Under the pieces are notes generated by a model that was given only the letters and a program-made list of their open reading frames with translations, was not told the DNA's origin and did not search any database. This document shows, piece after piece, positions 1-11,949 of a stretch of DNA of 44,515 nucleotides. Numbering within the stretch: the stretch's first letter is position 1; each line of letters starts with the position of its first letter. The translations under genes were made by a program, and so were the position numbers. Location: NCBI GenBank assembly GCA_027923505.1, contig BROI01000012.1, positions 930,001 to 974,515 on the forward strand, written 5' to 3'. Source of the stretch: Mayamaea pseudoterrestris (lineage: Eukaryota).

Positions 1-261
1 GCATTACTGTAGCTGCTAACTCTACATCCAAGACACTCTGGTGCTCCAAGGATGAGCTGAGCTGGCCAGCAAAGCCTTGTCCTTTTCATTCTATCTGGGC
101 CAGCCGCCAATGCTCTTCACTCTGGTATTTCAAGAATGAATTGGGCGAGCCACCAAAGCTTCGTCCTGGCCACTCTATTAGTCCCAGAATGAGTAGGGCT
201 AGCGACCGAAGCTTCTTCATGTCACTTGGTAAACATAACAAAACACAACACGCAGCTACTA

Positions 262-2754
262 TTATTTTATAAATGCTCCAGACACAGTTCCCTTTAACCC
301 CTGCGCTTCCACGTCCATGAGTATATGATCGTAGCCTTTCTTCTTTAAATATGGCTGAAGTCTTTTGGCGTTAATTGGATTGTACCAGCAGTGTGTGCAT
401 TGGACAATCGTGTCGAGATTGTCAGGATTGTTGTGCATATCGTGCTTCTTGCGGTTCTCGCGAATAGCCGTGCGCATTTGATCCTTGATTGCGGGTGTTA
501 TAGTATGCTCCGACGCATACATATGCGTGATTTTAGTGTCCCTCAAACCCTTAGTAAACTTTTCCCACGTCTTCATTTTGACTTGGTAGTTCTCGCCGAT
601 ATTTAGGCACCAAATCTTGCATGACGGCAGCTGTAAAATTTTGATGAGTCTCATAACTTGCTCATCGCGCATGCCTTGATTAAAATTCTAGATTGGCATT
701 GACAAAGTTAGATATGACAAAATTAAAATGTGACTCAATTAGCTTACGGTCGCAGCGCTTACCTGAATGTAGAGTGCCTCACAATTCGTGTTGACCTCCA
801 GGGCATCGAGTGCTGCATCAATCACCATGGGAGGAGTATCGGGATCGTTGCAGTATTTCTTCATTTTCAAAACAATCATATCTGTGTCGTTGCTTTGCAG
901 TTTCTCGATCAACGATCGAACACCATGCGTGCTGAGAGCGGCACGGTTGGGCTGGCGCACCGAGCGCCGAACATAGTTCGAGCCATCAACAGCATCGTTA
1001 TCTTCTATTCGCAGTATTTCCTGAATCTCTGTACGTGTCAAGGGACGATTTGCTTCGCGTCTTCGCCGCTCCGCTGCGTCTGCCTCCTGCGCAGCAATCG
1101 CCTTCTTTTGTTTCTTGCTTATCTTTTTCGAAACACAAACCATTTCAGAGCCCTCCACGTAAGTCTGTCGCCGTCGCTTCACCTTTTCAGATATTGGAAC
1201 CTGGAAGCTTGAAAAATGGTAAAAATCTTCAATGCCACATGGTGGGACTCTAGGAAGGCTAGTGGCGGTTGACGCGGTAGGTGTAGCGATTGGTGGCGGT
1301 CGGATTCCAAACATTTTCGCCGCCCAATCGCGGACTTCCTCTTCGTCCGTTTCTGAGTCCGAGTCTGATCGCTTCACCGATTCCTCCACCCAGTTTGATG
1401 TCTGATTAACGGTTGTCTCCGAGCTTGCCGTGCTGTGAGGCATTGCTACGGCGGAGTGTGGATGCGAAGACGGTGTGGTAGTTGGCAACACCGTATCATG
1501 CGAAAACACACTCTTGGTTGAAGCACTTAATTCCGGTGAGGTTATCTCTTGCTCCGTCAATACACGCCGAAAGGATGAAGCCGCTAAATCGTGTCGATCC
1601 CGTTTCGTTTTCCGAACTTTCGGAATACCGCCGTTTCGGCTTGCATCTTTGCTTTTAAAAGTCTCACTTTTCGATGCTGTTGGTGATTGCTGGTTCTTGA
1701 CCTTCTTTCTTAAGAATCGAAAGTTTTCTTTGGCAAGGCTAACCCACTCCTTGTCCCCATCATCATACGCAACAAAGTATGGTCGCTTGCGCTCAAGACG
1801 AATCTTCTTGACAGTGCCAGCAAAGTACGTCTCCTCGCCGTCCCAATAAATGGCAATTCGCGATCCTTCTTGGACGCGTTCCAAACGCGATGCTGCTTTC
1901 GACGTTTGCGAAACAGCAGCGCTGCCGCTACCGGTAGAGGTACTCTCGGGTGACAATGAGCTTTTCGACGTGGCATGTGGATGCTCCTGCTCCCTCTTTG
2001 CCTCTACTTGACGCGCCCGACGTTGTTTCAACTTGTCGTATAAAGTAAGTGGTGCAGAATACGTCGCTGCTGCTGCAGCTGCTGCTGCTGTCTGGTTGTT
2101 CAATGATGCTATACTGGCAGCTGCACTGTCGTGCGTCGGTTGCTTGTTCGCCGTACTGTTCATTTCGGCATGTAGTGCACCTTGCTTCACAGCATCTTGC
2201 TTCATAATGTTTAAACCCGAAACCTCATCGCTTTTATCTACGCGCGATGTTAGCGGAGCAGAATCAGTCGCTGTTACTGACCTTTCTTGCGACGAACTGC
2301 AACTCGCTCGCATCGAGGAGGAGGACGCGCACGACGTCACAGATGGCGTTTCTACCGAGTGAACGCTGCAGCAATCGTTTTCATCTGCAGGCTGGGTCGC
2401 CTTTTGCTGCACTGGTGGCGAAGAAATGGTGCAGTTCAAGTCATCGTCGGGGAACGAATGAACTTTGCGATGTAGTTGCTTCTTAAGATTACACTCCCTT
2501 CCAAAATCATTATCATTGCCACCGAGTATTGGCAAGGAAGATGAGTCAATGTCTTGTGACAAAACTAAATGACACTTTGGAGTCTGTGGAGCGTATAGTT
2601 GCTTGCTGCGTTCACGAACATTCGACTCGTGGAAGTCTGTCGGCAAAATCTCTGCGGCATGGCAAGTGCTGCTGCTACTACTTGGACCATGGATGTAGCT
2701 GCGGTCTTTGTAATTATTCGCCTCGTCTCGACGCCTCTTTCTGTGCGGTAGCAT
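262..2754 (-). CDS. Two-exon protein with low-complexity N-terminus, a Tudor/Agenet-like domain and a C-terminal RNI/LRR-like domain; exons 2754-763 and 687-262
   Basis: ORFs 739..2754 and 262..672 join in frame through a 75-bp intron at 688-762 (CAG|GTAAGC...TAG|AAT, giving LYIQ-NFNQGMRD). RIAIYWDGEETYFAGTV...YFVAYDDGDKEWVSL resembles the Tudor-like domains of MSH6/PDS5. The domain names are a visual judgement. Confidence 0.75.
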
Positions 2755-3261
2755 CTTATGCCTTGTAATGAGAAATGGTCAATATGAAGCATACACGTGC
2801 GACGCGCGTCTCGTGATGCTGGTTGTCGATACGGACGATGCAAATGCGTTTCCTTTTCGAAAGCGACGACGCCTGTATGCTGTATGTATCGCCGAATGAT
2901 TTTTAGCAATTCCTCAACGTTGATTGCTGTTTGACTCAACAATGGCTGATTAGTTACTGTCGATATCGTTTGGGTTGCTGGTGCTGCTCCTGGAGGAGGC
3001 TCAACGATCCATCGATATCAAACCATCGAACCACTCTCGTGTTCGAATGGGCGGCTGGCTTTGGAACTGCAAGACGCAGCGGTAACTAACTTCTTGTCTG
3101 GCCAGGCTGGCGCGCTTGAAGTTTCTCGTCAAAATGCACATCGCACCGGTACTAGTTGGCGATCCATCCTCGCGGCGAGGCACCTCGGATGCGGATGTCA
3201 CATACACCAGTCAACATCCTCCAATCTTTCTACCTGTCCAACAAAAATTTGCACCTCGACC

Positions 3262-4032
3262 ATGAACTTGGCTCACCGTGCAACCATTTCCTCCATACTC
3301 GTATTCACTCTTTCCCTATCCTTTGCATCCGCATTCGTCCCGCCCAATCGAGGTTCCTCGAGATTCTTTCTTGACACGGCTTCCTTGGAAGACTGGGCCT
3401 TGCTGCTGCCGACGGGCGTCTTTCACGGCGTTACCACCAATCCTCAACTACTGGAGCGATCCAGTGAGCCAAACACTGTAGAAAATATACATAGACTTGC
3501 TCATATTGCCTTGGATGAATTCCAAGTCAACGAGTTCATGTGTCAAGCGTGGGGATCAACCGTATCTGATCTTGTCGCTTGTGGAAACGCACTTGCCGAA
3601 CCCTTTGACAAGCAACGCTTGATTGTCAAGCTACCATGCACCGACATTGGTTTGCGAGCAGCCTCCATCATGATTCGTGATTCGGAAATGCGCATTTGCT
3701 TGACGGCAGCCTACCATCGCAAGCAGGCGCTATCGGCGATTGGTGTTGGAGCAGACTATATTGCGCCATATTTGGGTCGCATGACGGAAGCAGCTGGCAA
3801 GGATGGGGAATTGGAGTGTCGGGAAATGCAGGATATAGTCAGTGGCCTTGGTGGCGATACGAGAATATTGGTGGCGAGTCTGCGCGATCCAGATACCTTA
3901 GCCGACTTGGCGGCGTATGGACTGGATACGTTCACGTTCGGTCCAGACCTTGCTCGCAGGCTATTCTTTGACTCGTGGACGGAGCAAGCGGCGGCAGAGT
4001 TTGAGGAAAGTGCCGAACGGAATCGGTGGTAA
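3262..4032 (+). CDS. Plastid-targeted small transaldolase-family class I aldolase (FSA/TalC-like)
   Basis: Motifs FFLDTA, GVTTNP, Schiff-base VKLP, YIAPYLGR and ILVASLR. ATG at 3262 starts a signal peptide ending ASA|FVPP, the diatom ASAFAP-type cleavage motif. Confidence 0.9.
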   Translation: MNLAHRATISSILVFTLSLSFASAFVPPNRGSSRFFLDTASLEDWALLLPTGVFHGVTTNPQLLERSSEPNTVENIHRLAHIALDEFQVNEFMCQAWGSTVSDLVACGNALAEPFDKQRLIVKLPCTDIGLRAASIMIRDSEMRICLTAAYHRKQALSAIGVGADYIAPYLGRMTEAAGKDGELECREMQDIVSGLGGDTRILVASLRDPDTLADLAAYGLDTFTFGPDLARRLFFDSWTEQAAAEFEESAERNRW

Positions 4033-4241
4033 ATGCTTGTAGACGTCGTTCAATAGTTTCGACTGGCATCACTTGCATGGATGGTATACACCGGTTTTAC
4101 TGTTATATCAATAGGATTCTTAACATCTTGCATACATATATTTCGCATGGAACGTCAACACAATGTAGATATTTAGCGTTTTCTATAACCTATCAGCCTA
4201 AAATTACATTAATTACAATCTTCACCCAGGCGAAATTATGC

Positions 4242-6950
4242 CTATGAATGAATTTGGTTATACTCGGCTGCGAAGTTTTCAAGCGACCGAAGCAGCAAAT
4301 CAGCAAGATTTGCGCATTGCTCTGGAAAATGCTCGGCGGCGGCGGCAACGAGTGTGCCAACGTTGGATGCTTGCATGGATTTGCAGTTCTCGAGAATCGC
4401 AAGCTGGAGTAATACCTGGCATGCTCGCTCCTGCACCTTAGCGTCGTCGCTGTGAATTACCATGCCCAATACGATTGCATCGAGAGCCTCCTCATCGACA
4501 ATTCTCATCTTGTTGGCATCGTCCGTCGCAAGGTTGCAAAGTACGGCGCAGCCCATTTCTTGAATGACGGAACGGTCAACATGAGCTTGCATGGCGTTCA
4601 CAACGGCTGAAACGCCGCCAACTTCGCGAATGAGTGCACCGTTTTGAACATCAAGTGAAAGGGAGAAAAGCGCTCTACAGCACCATTCCTGAACCTTGAC
4701 GTCATCGGAATGCACCCACATGGCCCGAATAGTGACATCTACTCCGCCGTACTCTCCGATCAAGATCTTGTTTTCGATGTTTCCAGCCAAGTTAGATAAG
4801 GTCCATGCACCAGCCTCTTGAACTCCCGCAGCGTCACGATGCACCTGCATGGCGCTTATGACAGCGTCTATACCTCCCATGGTGGCAAGTTCAATTTTGT
4901 TGTGCTCGCAGTTGGCTGATAAATTTCTTAGCGCCCTCAGTGCCTTCTCCTGCATCACAAAATCGTCCGGATGCATTACCATGGCAATCACAACTGCACC
5001 GCCCCCGCCAGCGTCCATGATAACCTGTTTCAATGGAGTCATGTGGGACGCCATGTTGGTGATTGCGCCGCAGCCTTTCATTTGTACATGAATATTGTCG
5101 GCATGTTTGTTCATTGCTTCAACAATTGCTCCAACGGCTCCACGCTCCATCATTGTTTCAACATTTAGCTCGGCCGCCCCAAGATTCGCCAATGCGGCCA
5201 TTGCTTGCTCCTGCAAGACAACATCCGCCAGAAACTGTCCCATGGCGAGCAGTATCACATCCAGCGCGCCCGCTTCCACGAACGTCATTTGGTTCGCCGT
5301 CGTACCACTGGCGTTCCAAGTTGCCCGACATCCTCCAATCTGAATATCAACATCCATAGGAAACTGCCGCATGGCTTCCACAACGGCGTCAATCCCACCT
5401 GCTAGAGCAAAACGATTGCTGTCGCCCTCGGACATGTCCATATTCGAGAGTTGCTGCAACGCCGTCGATTGCACTACAGCAGAGTCGTGAAACTCGCGCA
5501 TGACATGGACAATCTCCACGTAATCGGCACCAACCACATGAAGGCGGTCCAAACCCGAGCTATCCCGCGAGGCGACCGTCACACTCAGCAAGGACGAGTT
5601 TTGTGTCATGAGAGACGAAGAATTTTGACTGCTGTCATGGCCAGCCAACTGACGGTTCGAAAATTGCCGATAGGTCTGTTTCCGGCTAGCGTCCGAGTGA
5701 TGCGACAAGCTAAGGTCTTCGCCAGGACGTTGACGCATGCCAATAATTGGCTTGTCGCCACTTCCCCTTCGATCCACGCCTCGTCGAGTGTCATGCGAGG
5801 TTATTCGATGGTGCGACCCTTGATCGTCTTCGCCAAATGAATTCATGCTTTCCAAAGAGCGAGTGCTTTGAAGTCGCGACGTATTCATTGGTACATGGCT
5901 ACTGTTCCTGTTGCTCCGCGCACTATGATGACTGCGGAGACTGCGATTGCTTCCACTATTGCTCATGTTCATGCTGGCTGGGTTGAACGAAATTTGTCCG
6001 CCCCGATTCAGCGTTCCGGACCGCTGGTAGGGATTGACGGATGATGCATCCGTATGGTGTGAATGCAGAGATCGTTGCGAGTTGTTCGACTCATGATAGA
6101 GTTGTTGGGGATGTACATCGGACAGGTACTGGCCAAGCGCACCAGGAGATTGACCGTGATTATGATATGAGTAGGAATCTTCCTCAAGTCGTCGTTGCCT
6201 CAAATCTTCCATTCCAGACCGCATGGACGAGAGAGACTCTCCACTGAGTCCTCGATTGAGAGGAGCTGGAACAAAGCCGTCGTAACCTGCGCCGCCAGCA
6301 GAAGGAACGTAGCGTTCATCGTTGTAACTCGCTCCATGTTGACTACCCGTACCAAAGTCACTCCGTCGGCCATGCGGCGAGTGCTGGGAAAAATTTAAAC
6401 TGCTCGACGTATTCCCAAGACTTGGGGGCGCCGTGGCGAGCGTATCGCAGGAATTATGCGCCGTAATGCTTCGCTTAAAATCTCGTTGCGACCCATTACT
6501 GTCGTCGCTCGATACGCTTTGGGCACCCGACTGGCTGCTCCATTGTCGATTCGGAGCCGTCCGGTAGCCAACGTCTCTGGAATCAGACGAATTTCGGCCA
6601 GTGCGTCGCGTTGACGACTGGGTTCGGTCGCTACGTGAAGCAACACCAGGACCAGAAAGGTGCAGATTGGACTGACTCTTGGCGAAGCGCGCCATGTCTT
6701 CCCTCGTCGTTGGCTTGACGGCAGCCATTGGTTTATTTTGCTGGTCTTTATTATCGATTGGTTTACATTTCAAGCAGCGACCTTCCAATACTCGGTCTTC
6801 CTCGGTAATGGGGATGAGTTTGAAAAGTTTCTTCTGGAAACATTTTCGGCCGCACGTGACGCACTCTCCTCGTTTCCGACGCTGGTTTTCAAGCTCTTGT
6901 CGACTCAGCACTGATCCGGAAGCTGCGAAATCTGTTCCCACTTGGTCCAT
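4242..6950 (-). CDS. Armadillo-repeat protein with an N-terminal Cys motif and a long disordered linker
   Basis: About nine ~43-aa ARM repeats (GGIDAVVEAM..F..D..VQ..GC.A..N). N-terminal CVTCG...RCLKC. First ATG is at 6950. Confidence 0.85.
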   Translation of the reverse strand: MDQVGTDFAASGSVLSRQELENQRRKRGECVTCGRKCFQKKLFKLIPITEEDRVLEGRCLKCKPIDNKDQQNKPMAAVKPTTREDMARFAKSQSNLHLSGPGVASRSDRTQSSTRRTGRNSSDSRDVGYRTAPNRQWSSQSGAQSVSSDDSNGSQRDFKRSITAHNSCDTLATAPPSLGNTSSSLNFSQHSPHGRRSDFGTGSQHGASYNDERYVPSAGGAGYDGFVPAPLNRGLSGESLSSMRSGMEDLRQRRLEEDSYSYHNHGQSPGALGQYLSDVHPQQLYHESNNSQRSLHSHHTDASSVNPYQRSGTLNRGGQISFNPASMNMSNSGSNRSLRSHHSARSNRNSSHVPMNTSRLQSTRSLESMNSFGEDDQGSHHRITSHDTRRGVDRRGSGDKPIIGMRQRPGEDLSLSHHSDASRKQTYRQFSNRQLAGHDSSQNSSSLMTQNSSLLSVTVASRDSSGLDRLHVVGADYVEIVHVMREFHDSAVVQSTALQQLSNMDMSEGDSNRFALAGGIDAVVEAMRQFPMDVDIQIGGCRATWNASGTTANQMTFVEAGALDVILLAMGQFLADVVLQEQAMAALANLGAAELNVETMMERGAVGAIVEAMNKHADNIHVQMKGCGAITNMASHMTPLKQVIMDAGGGGAVVIAMVMHPDDFVMQEKALRALRNLSANCEHNKIELATMGGIDAVISAMQVHRDAAGVQEAGAWTLSNLAGNIENKILIGEYGGVDVTIRAMWVHSDDVKVQEWCCRALFSLSLDVQNGALIREVGGVSAVVNAMQAHVDRSVIQEMGCAVLCNLATDDANKMRIVDEEALDAIVLGMVIHSDDAKVQERACQVLLQLAILENCKSMQASNVGTLVAAAAEHFPEQCANLADLLLRSLENFAAEYNQIHS

Positions 6951-7683
6951 GGTGGCTAGAAGACGAATTTGTAATGCAGATGATAAGGTTTCAGGCGTCG
7001 GCAGGCGGAACAATCACGCTCAGCGATGATGACCCACGCAGTCGAGCTCTAGTGAAAATCAAAGTGGACGGCCTGATGCTGCAGATTGATCAAATAACTT
7101 TTCTTCTAACAATACTCTGTTGAAAATGCTTTTGAGGTGATAGTAAGGAAGTTACACTCGATTCTCTCGTGGCCTGGTGCCTCTTGGGCTGCTCGTCCTT
7201 CCAAGCGCGTTGACGGCCTGCGTGAGGACATTGCAAGGTCATACGACAGTTAAGCCCCAACCCATTGAGTGACTTCAAAGACTTTTCATCAAACTTAGGC
7301 TTAATTAAAGAAGGGAGAAAAGGGAGAAGTGACTTCGCGCTTAATTGGAAAGAGTCTTGTGTGACATTTCACGGATCTCACGCTTTTGGCCATTAACTAT
7401 GATACCGGTACATATCGGCAGGACTACTACATGCACACGGAGCTGAAGCTCTAAACGTCTCAACAACGCATAGATCATTTACCATCAAAACCATTAGTTA
7501 ATCAAGGTACATTTGACACCACTCCAGTGTTGTGAGAGAGCGGAGATAAAGAAAATAGTCAGAGATGCATGGTGACGGGATGTGGATTGAAGACTTAATA
7601 GTTTGACGAAGAGTGATTCGAAATTAATCACCTTTACAAAGGCGATTACTAGTGCAGGTCATTCTGGTTTTAGCTGCATGGAG

Positions 7684-9422
7684 TTACGGACACTTGCGGT
7701 TGACGATCGCAGTGCCCCATTCTTCATACTCGGCCTTTGTGATCCACATTTCATGAAAGCTTCCCAAACTTCCCAAAATACTGCCGCCAAGCCAGCTTAA
7801 AACAGACCGCTCCTGCAGTCCAGGTGTCAGTACCTTGACGCGCCAGCCTGGAGTATGCTGATGAATAATGCCTTCCACTTGCTCGCGAATCAAATCAGGC
7901 ACCGCTTGCTCCGTCGGACCAAGGCAGGCTCCTCCGCCACCAACAATGACAGTTCCAAGCAATGCCACCTGCTGATCGCGGTCGCATCGATAAGCGGCGT
8001 CGCAAATCATGGATGCAATGGGTGACGCTGTCAAGTGTTCCAAATGATTCTGCAGATGCATTGAACATGCTCTTTGCAGCAAACGATTAGAAAATCCCTT
8101 TTTCGTCGCATTAGCCGGGGTAGAAGCGGCTGCCGCAATCGTTCGCTTCGTCTTGCGCTTTGATATGCCAACAGCCGCTGCTTCGCTAAACTTGTCGTCG
8201 TGTTCGTTCTTATCGTCACCAGTGTCCATGCTACTGGTTGCAATGGCGTCAATATACGACGACAGTCGCTGCTTGGTAGTCGCTACGATACCTTCACGTC
8301 GCTTGACACTCTCAGCGTCACCACCAAACAACAAGTCAGCAACGGCGAACCGCGTCGCTGACGGAATGTCCAGCATGGTTCCATCCGGCAAGCAGTACGA
8401 CTTGTGTGGTGCGGCGAAACCAGCAGCTTGCTGCGCGTTGATTGCCGCTCCCACTCCAGTTTCGCGACAGTCTTGCGCCAAAAATAGTCGAGCCGAGTGA
8501 TGAATGTCGGCTCGCCGCGGCTCATGGTTTGGTCGACGGACCTGGTAGAGCGGCATGACGCTTGGCTCGTGCTGCTTAAGGCCACCAACTCGTTGCGTTT
8601 GCTTACTGTATAGCACATCCATGCGCTCCAGTAGCAACTCATCCATGGCCTTGACTCCAGCTCCCGGATTACGCTGAATTCCCTTTTGCTCCACGTAGCC
8701 TTCGTGAACAGGACTGACCGTTGTGCCCGAGTAACCAATGTCAACCACGGTCGCCGTGACACGGCCGCAGCCATAGCAGCTCATCGCGGCATCCTTGCCC
8801 AGAAAGGTGGCTGGAGCTCCAATCTCCTCAAAGATGCATTCCAGCATTTGCTGGCGAATGGCAGGTGGATTGTAGGAGCGTTCAATCATGAGTAAGGGAT
8901 GATCCGCTGGAGAGGCTTGAATGGCGGAGGAATATCCATGTCGTATAAATGTTTGGAGCAAGTCGTACCAGTCCGTGCTGCTGTTACTATTAATTTCTGT
9001 TGCTGGTCCGCCTCCGTCATTGAAAGATTTTGGTTCATACAATAGGCCAGTGACAGGATCAATGGGGTTGGCAACCTGCCAGGTTCCATCCGTTCCGTCG
9101 CTCTGAATGGGGCGCGTGTAGTAGTCATAGTTGACTTGACTGATCGGGCTTCGTCGCTGATTGGATTCATCGACTGATTCGTCTCGAAGTACGGCAACGT
9201 TCTGCAAATCAAATAGTATGAAGAGAGATGAGATGAAGTGTGAGACGAAAAAAGGTTCGAAAATCATAGCCAATTTCACGCAACAACAGGTGACGTGACG
9301 TGACGCACCGAACGAAAGTACGACTCTGGAAAGTCATTTCCCGCCCAACCAATCTTAGTCGAGTATGCTCCAATATCAGCCACGACGGCTCCTATGTAGT
9401 CTCCCTGGTGAAAAGCTCCCAT
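7684..9422 (-). CDS. ARP4: Actin-related protein 4 (ARP4/ACTL6-like); exons 9422-9309 and 9201-7684
   Basis: Exon 1 is MGAFHQGDYIGAVVADIGAYSTKIGWAG (actin phosphate-1 loop). A 107-bp GT-AG intron at 9202-9308 keeps the frame. C-terminus SWLGGSILGSLGSFHEMWITKAEYEE...RKCP is typical of ARP4/ACTL6. Confidence 0.85.
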
Positions 9423-9697
9423 GGTGGTTGCCTTGCGGGATTTTAGAGCAGAAAAACGGATTGTGAAATGCAGCGGATGGATGTCGTCGAGAATCTGCTA
9501 GCCTTAACTATCGACCTCATAACCGGTAAGACGTTTGACGTTGCTTTATCCGCCGTCACGCAATTGATGCGAGGCCAAATCCATCTCTCGCTTGATCCCG
9601 CAATACAGCATTACTCCAAAGCATACCGGTATTAAACTCGAAGTCCGCTACTAGCATGCACTATCACTCTCGCATATACACTCATTACCTTCAGAAA

Positions 9698-10771
9698 ATG
9701 CTGTTTCTATCCGAATCGAACGTTCGTCAGTGTTTGAACATGTCCGACTGCTTGGCCATTAACAGGGTCGCCCTTCAATCCATCTTTACCAAGCAATCTA
9801 CGGTTCCCACTCGACTCGCTCTAGCGTATGAGCCAGCCGACAAGCATGATGATGACGTACCAGACTGGACCCTTGTCAAGGCGGCGTCCTTTACGCAGCA
9901 AGCAGATGAAGTAAATGATGCCGATCATCATCATCCTTCATCATCATCGACGACTCAAATGGGTGTCAAGGTCGTCTCCGTAAGAAGTCATAATCCTGAT
10001 CATGGACTGCCGCTAGTACCAGCCAGTCTACTGAACATTGATCCAGCCACTGGAATCGTGGATGCCGTCTTGGCGGCGACCTACTTGACGGCAGCGCGGA
10101 CCGCAGCCGGCAGTGCACTGGCGACAAGCATCATGCAACCCAATTTGCAGCACTTGGTAGTCTTTGGCGCGGGCCTTCAAGCAGAACTCCATGTCCATGC
10201 CATTGCCACTGCACTTGGCTATAGTATTCCGAAACTAACCATTGTCAATCGCAGCGAAAGACGGGCCCAGGAACTGGCGCAAAAGTTGCCGGCCGACTGG
10301 GTGCAGCACACGCACGTTGTGCTACTGAACGACAGTCTCTCCGTCGCGGACGCGCTCAGCACGGCCGACTGCGTCGTCACCAGCACCAACGCGGCAACGC
10401 CAGTCTTGGATGGCACCACTTTGCTGAAACCTGGTTGTCACGTGAATGGGATTGGCTCGTACACGCCGCACATGCAGGAGGTGGCGGCGCGCACCGTCGA
10501 TCGCTGCCGCGTGCTCATTGACACGCATGAAGCGAGAACCGTGGGTGACTTGAAACACTTGACGGAGCATCATCCAGTCATGCTGCTTGGAGAATTGCTG
10601 CTGAATCCAGATTTGAAGAACAAGTGGAAAAGTGACGAGCAAACGTCTCCCATGATTGATTGCACCTTTTACAAGAGTGTTGGAACCTGTATACAGGATA
10701 TCATGACGGCTAGTGTCGTGGTCAAGCGAGCGCGAGAGTTGGGTATTGGAATGGAGGTTGACATGTCCTAG
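9698..10771 (+). CDS. Ornithine cyclodeaminase / mu-crystallin family protein
   Basis: GVKVVSV, LTAARTAAGSALA, Rossmann VFGAGLQA, GCHVNGIGSY and YKSVG..IQD motifs. Start is ATG 9698, or 9656. Confidence 0.9.
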   Translation: MLFLSESNVRQCLNMSDCLAINRVALQSIFTKQSTVPTRLALAYEPADKHDDDVPDWTLVKAASFTQQADEVNDADHHHPSSSSTTQMGVKVVSVRSHNPDHGLPLVPASLLNIDPATGIVDAVLAATYLTAARTAAGSALATSIMQPNLQHLVVFGAGLQAELHVHAIATALGYSIPKLTIVNRSERRAQELAQKLPADWVQHTHVVLLNDSLSVADALSTADCVVTSTNAATPVLDGTTLLKPGCHVNGIGSYTPHMQEVAARTVDRCRVLIDTHEARTVGDLKHLTEHHPVMLLGELLLNPDLKNKWKSDEQTSPMIDCTFYKSVGTCIQDIMTASVVVKRARELGIGMEVDMS

Positions 10772-10854
10772 TAGATGAGAGATATAATTGCAGCAGTACA
10801 TATATCTAATACGAGTTTAGGCGCAAATTTCGTTTGCATTCGCCGAGGCATTTG

Positions 10855-11949
10855 CTACTGCGCTCGCTGCTTCTTGCCGCGCGGTCCCTTTTTCGTATCG
10901 TCTTCCTCCTTGAAACCAAACGTTTGCTCGAACGACGCATCCAAGTCACTCTTTTCGCGGTTCAATTCGTTTTCAAGCGCTGCTTGTTCCTCTTGCTTCT
11001 CCAGCTTTTCCGCCCGGCGCAAAGCCTTGGCCTTTTTACCCTGCATCTTGTCCACATGCTGCTTGGCAATGTGCAATCGACCTACTGTTTCTCCAAACAA
11101 GTTGGTCGAATGGTTCTTGACCTTTTTACTCTTGGCTGCCAACGGTTGCCGCCGAGACGCCTTGTAGATATCCGGCTCGGCCCACTGCGTGCGCTGCAGC
11201 GTAAAGTCCAAGTCGGGTCCACAAGGTATCAAATAGGGAAGGGGCGAGGAATGTTCGCCACCACCCGATGGATTCTTCTTGAGCTTGCAAAAATAGGTTC
11301 GCTGGTGAATCATTGGCGCTTCAATGCCAGGGCAATTGGCAATCGTAAACACCATCAAATGGTCAAGTCCCGACAAGATGAGTTTGTCGACAATCTCGCC
11401 GCGGTAAAAGTCCACTAACAAGTTTTGTAGATTCACAAAGGTTTCACCTTGCGCCCACAAGTCGCCGACAAAGAGTAGCATAGGTTTGCTTCCAATTTTC
11501 TTCTTGGGAACGCCGCCACCATAATCCTGCATGCTCTTAAACCTTCGAATTGATAGTTCGGCCAAGTCTAAAATTTGATGGTCAAAGGTGCGTCCAATGG
11601 TCAAGTGATTCGGCCGCTTCTTGTTGTGATGCGCCAAGGCAAACAAGCTGCAGTCATTCTTGGTCGTCAAAAACTGCAAAGAGGTCTGACCGTCCATATC
11701 CCAAGCGACAATTTGATTACGCTTCGAAAGCAGCTTGACATGAGGAGCCGAAATGGCTCTAAGCTCCTGCAAGACTTTGCCCATGCCTTCGCTGCATTTG
11801 ATGCCTTTCAGAAGCAAAGTGTTTTTAGTCGGTTGTTTCAGCTGAGGTTCCGTCGTTTTTAAATAGCGCTGAACACGTGCCTTGGTAGTCTTTCTACCAG
11901 ACACTTGTTGTGCCTTATGGCTTTGCTTTTGCTGCGGCGTTGGCGCCAT
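10855..11949 (-). CDS. RPF2: Ribosome production factor 2 (Brix domain)
   Basis: KNDCSLF...HNKKRPNHLTIGRTFDHQILDLAEL, GSKPMLLFVG, NLLVDFYRG, GPDLDF, and GRLHIAKQ...MQGKK. Confidence 0.92.
   Translation of the reverse strand: MAPTPQQKQSHKAQQVSGRKTTKARVQRYLKTTEPQLKQPTKNTLLLKGIKCSEGMGKVLQELRAISAPHVKLLSKRNQIVAWDMDGQTSLQFLTTKNDCSLFALAHHNKKRPNHLTIGRTFDHQILDLAELSIRRFKSMQDYGGGVPKKKIGSKPMLLFVGDLWAQGETFVNLQNLLVDFYRGEIVDKLILSGLDHLMVFTIANCPGIEAPMIHQRTYFCKLKKNPSGGGEHSSPLPYLIPCGPDLDFTLQRTQWAEPDIYKASRRQPLAAKSKKVKNHSTNLFGETVGRLHIAKQHVDKMQGKKAKALRRAEKLEKQEEQAALENELNREKSDLDASFEQTFGFKEEDDTKKGPRGKKQRAQ

Noticed and set aside
2065..2090. GCT trinucleotide run
   Set aside because: It encodes an ordinary poly-alanine tract in a low-complexity region.
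9290..9308. (GTGAC)n run containing TGACGT in the ARP4 intron
   Set aside because: Only about three 5-bp copies at the splice donor, compatible with chance slippage.
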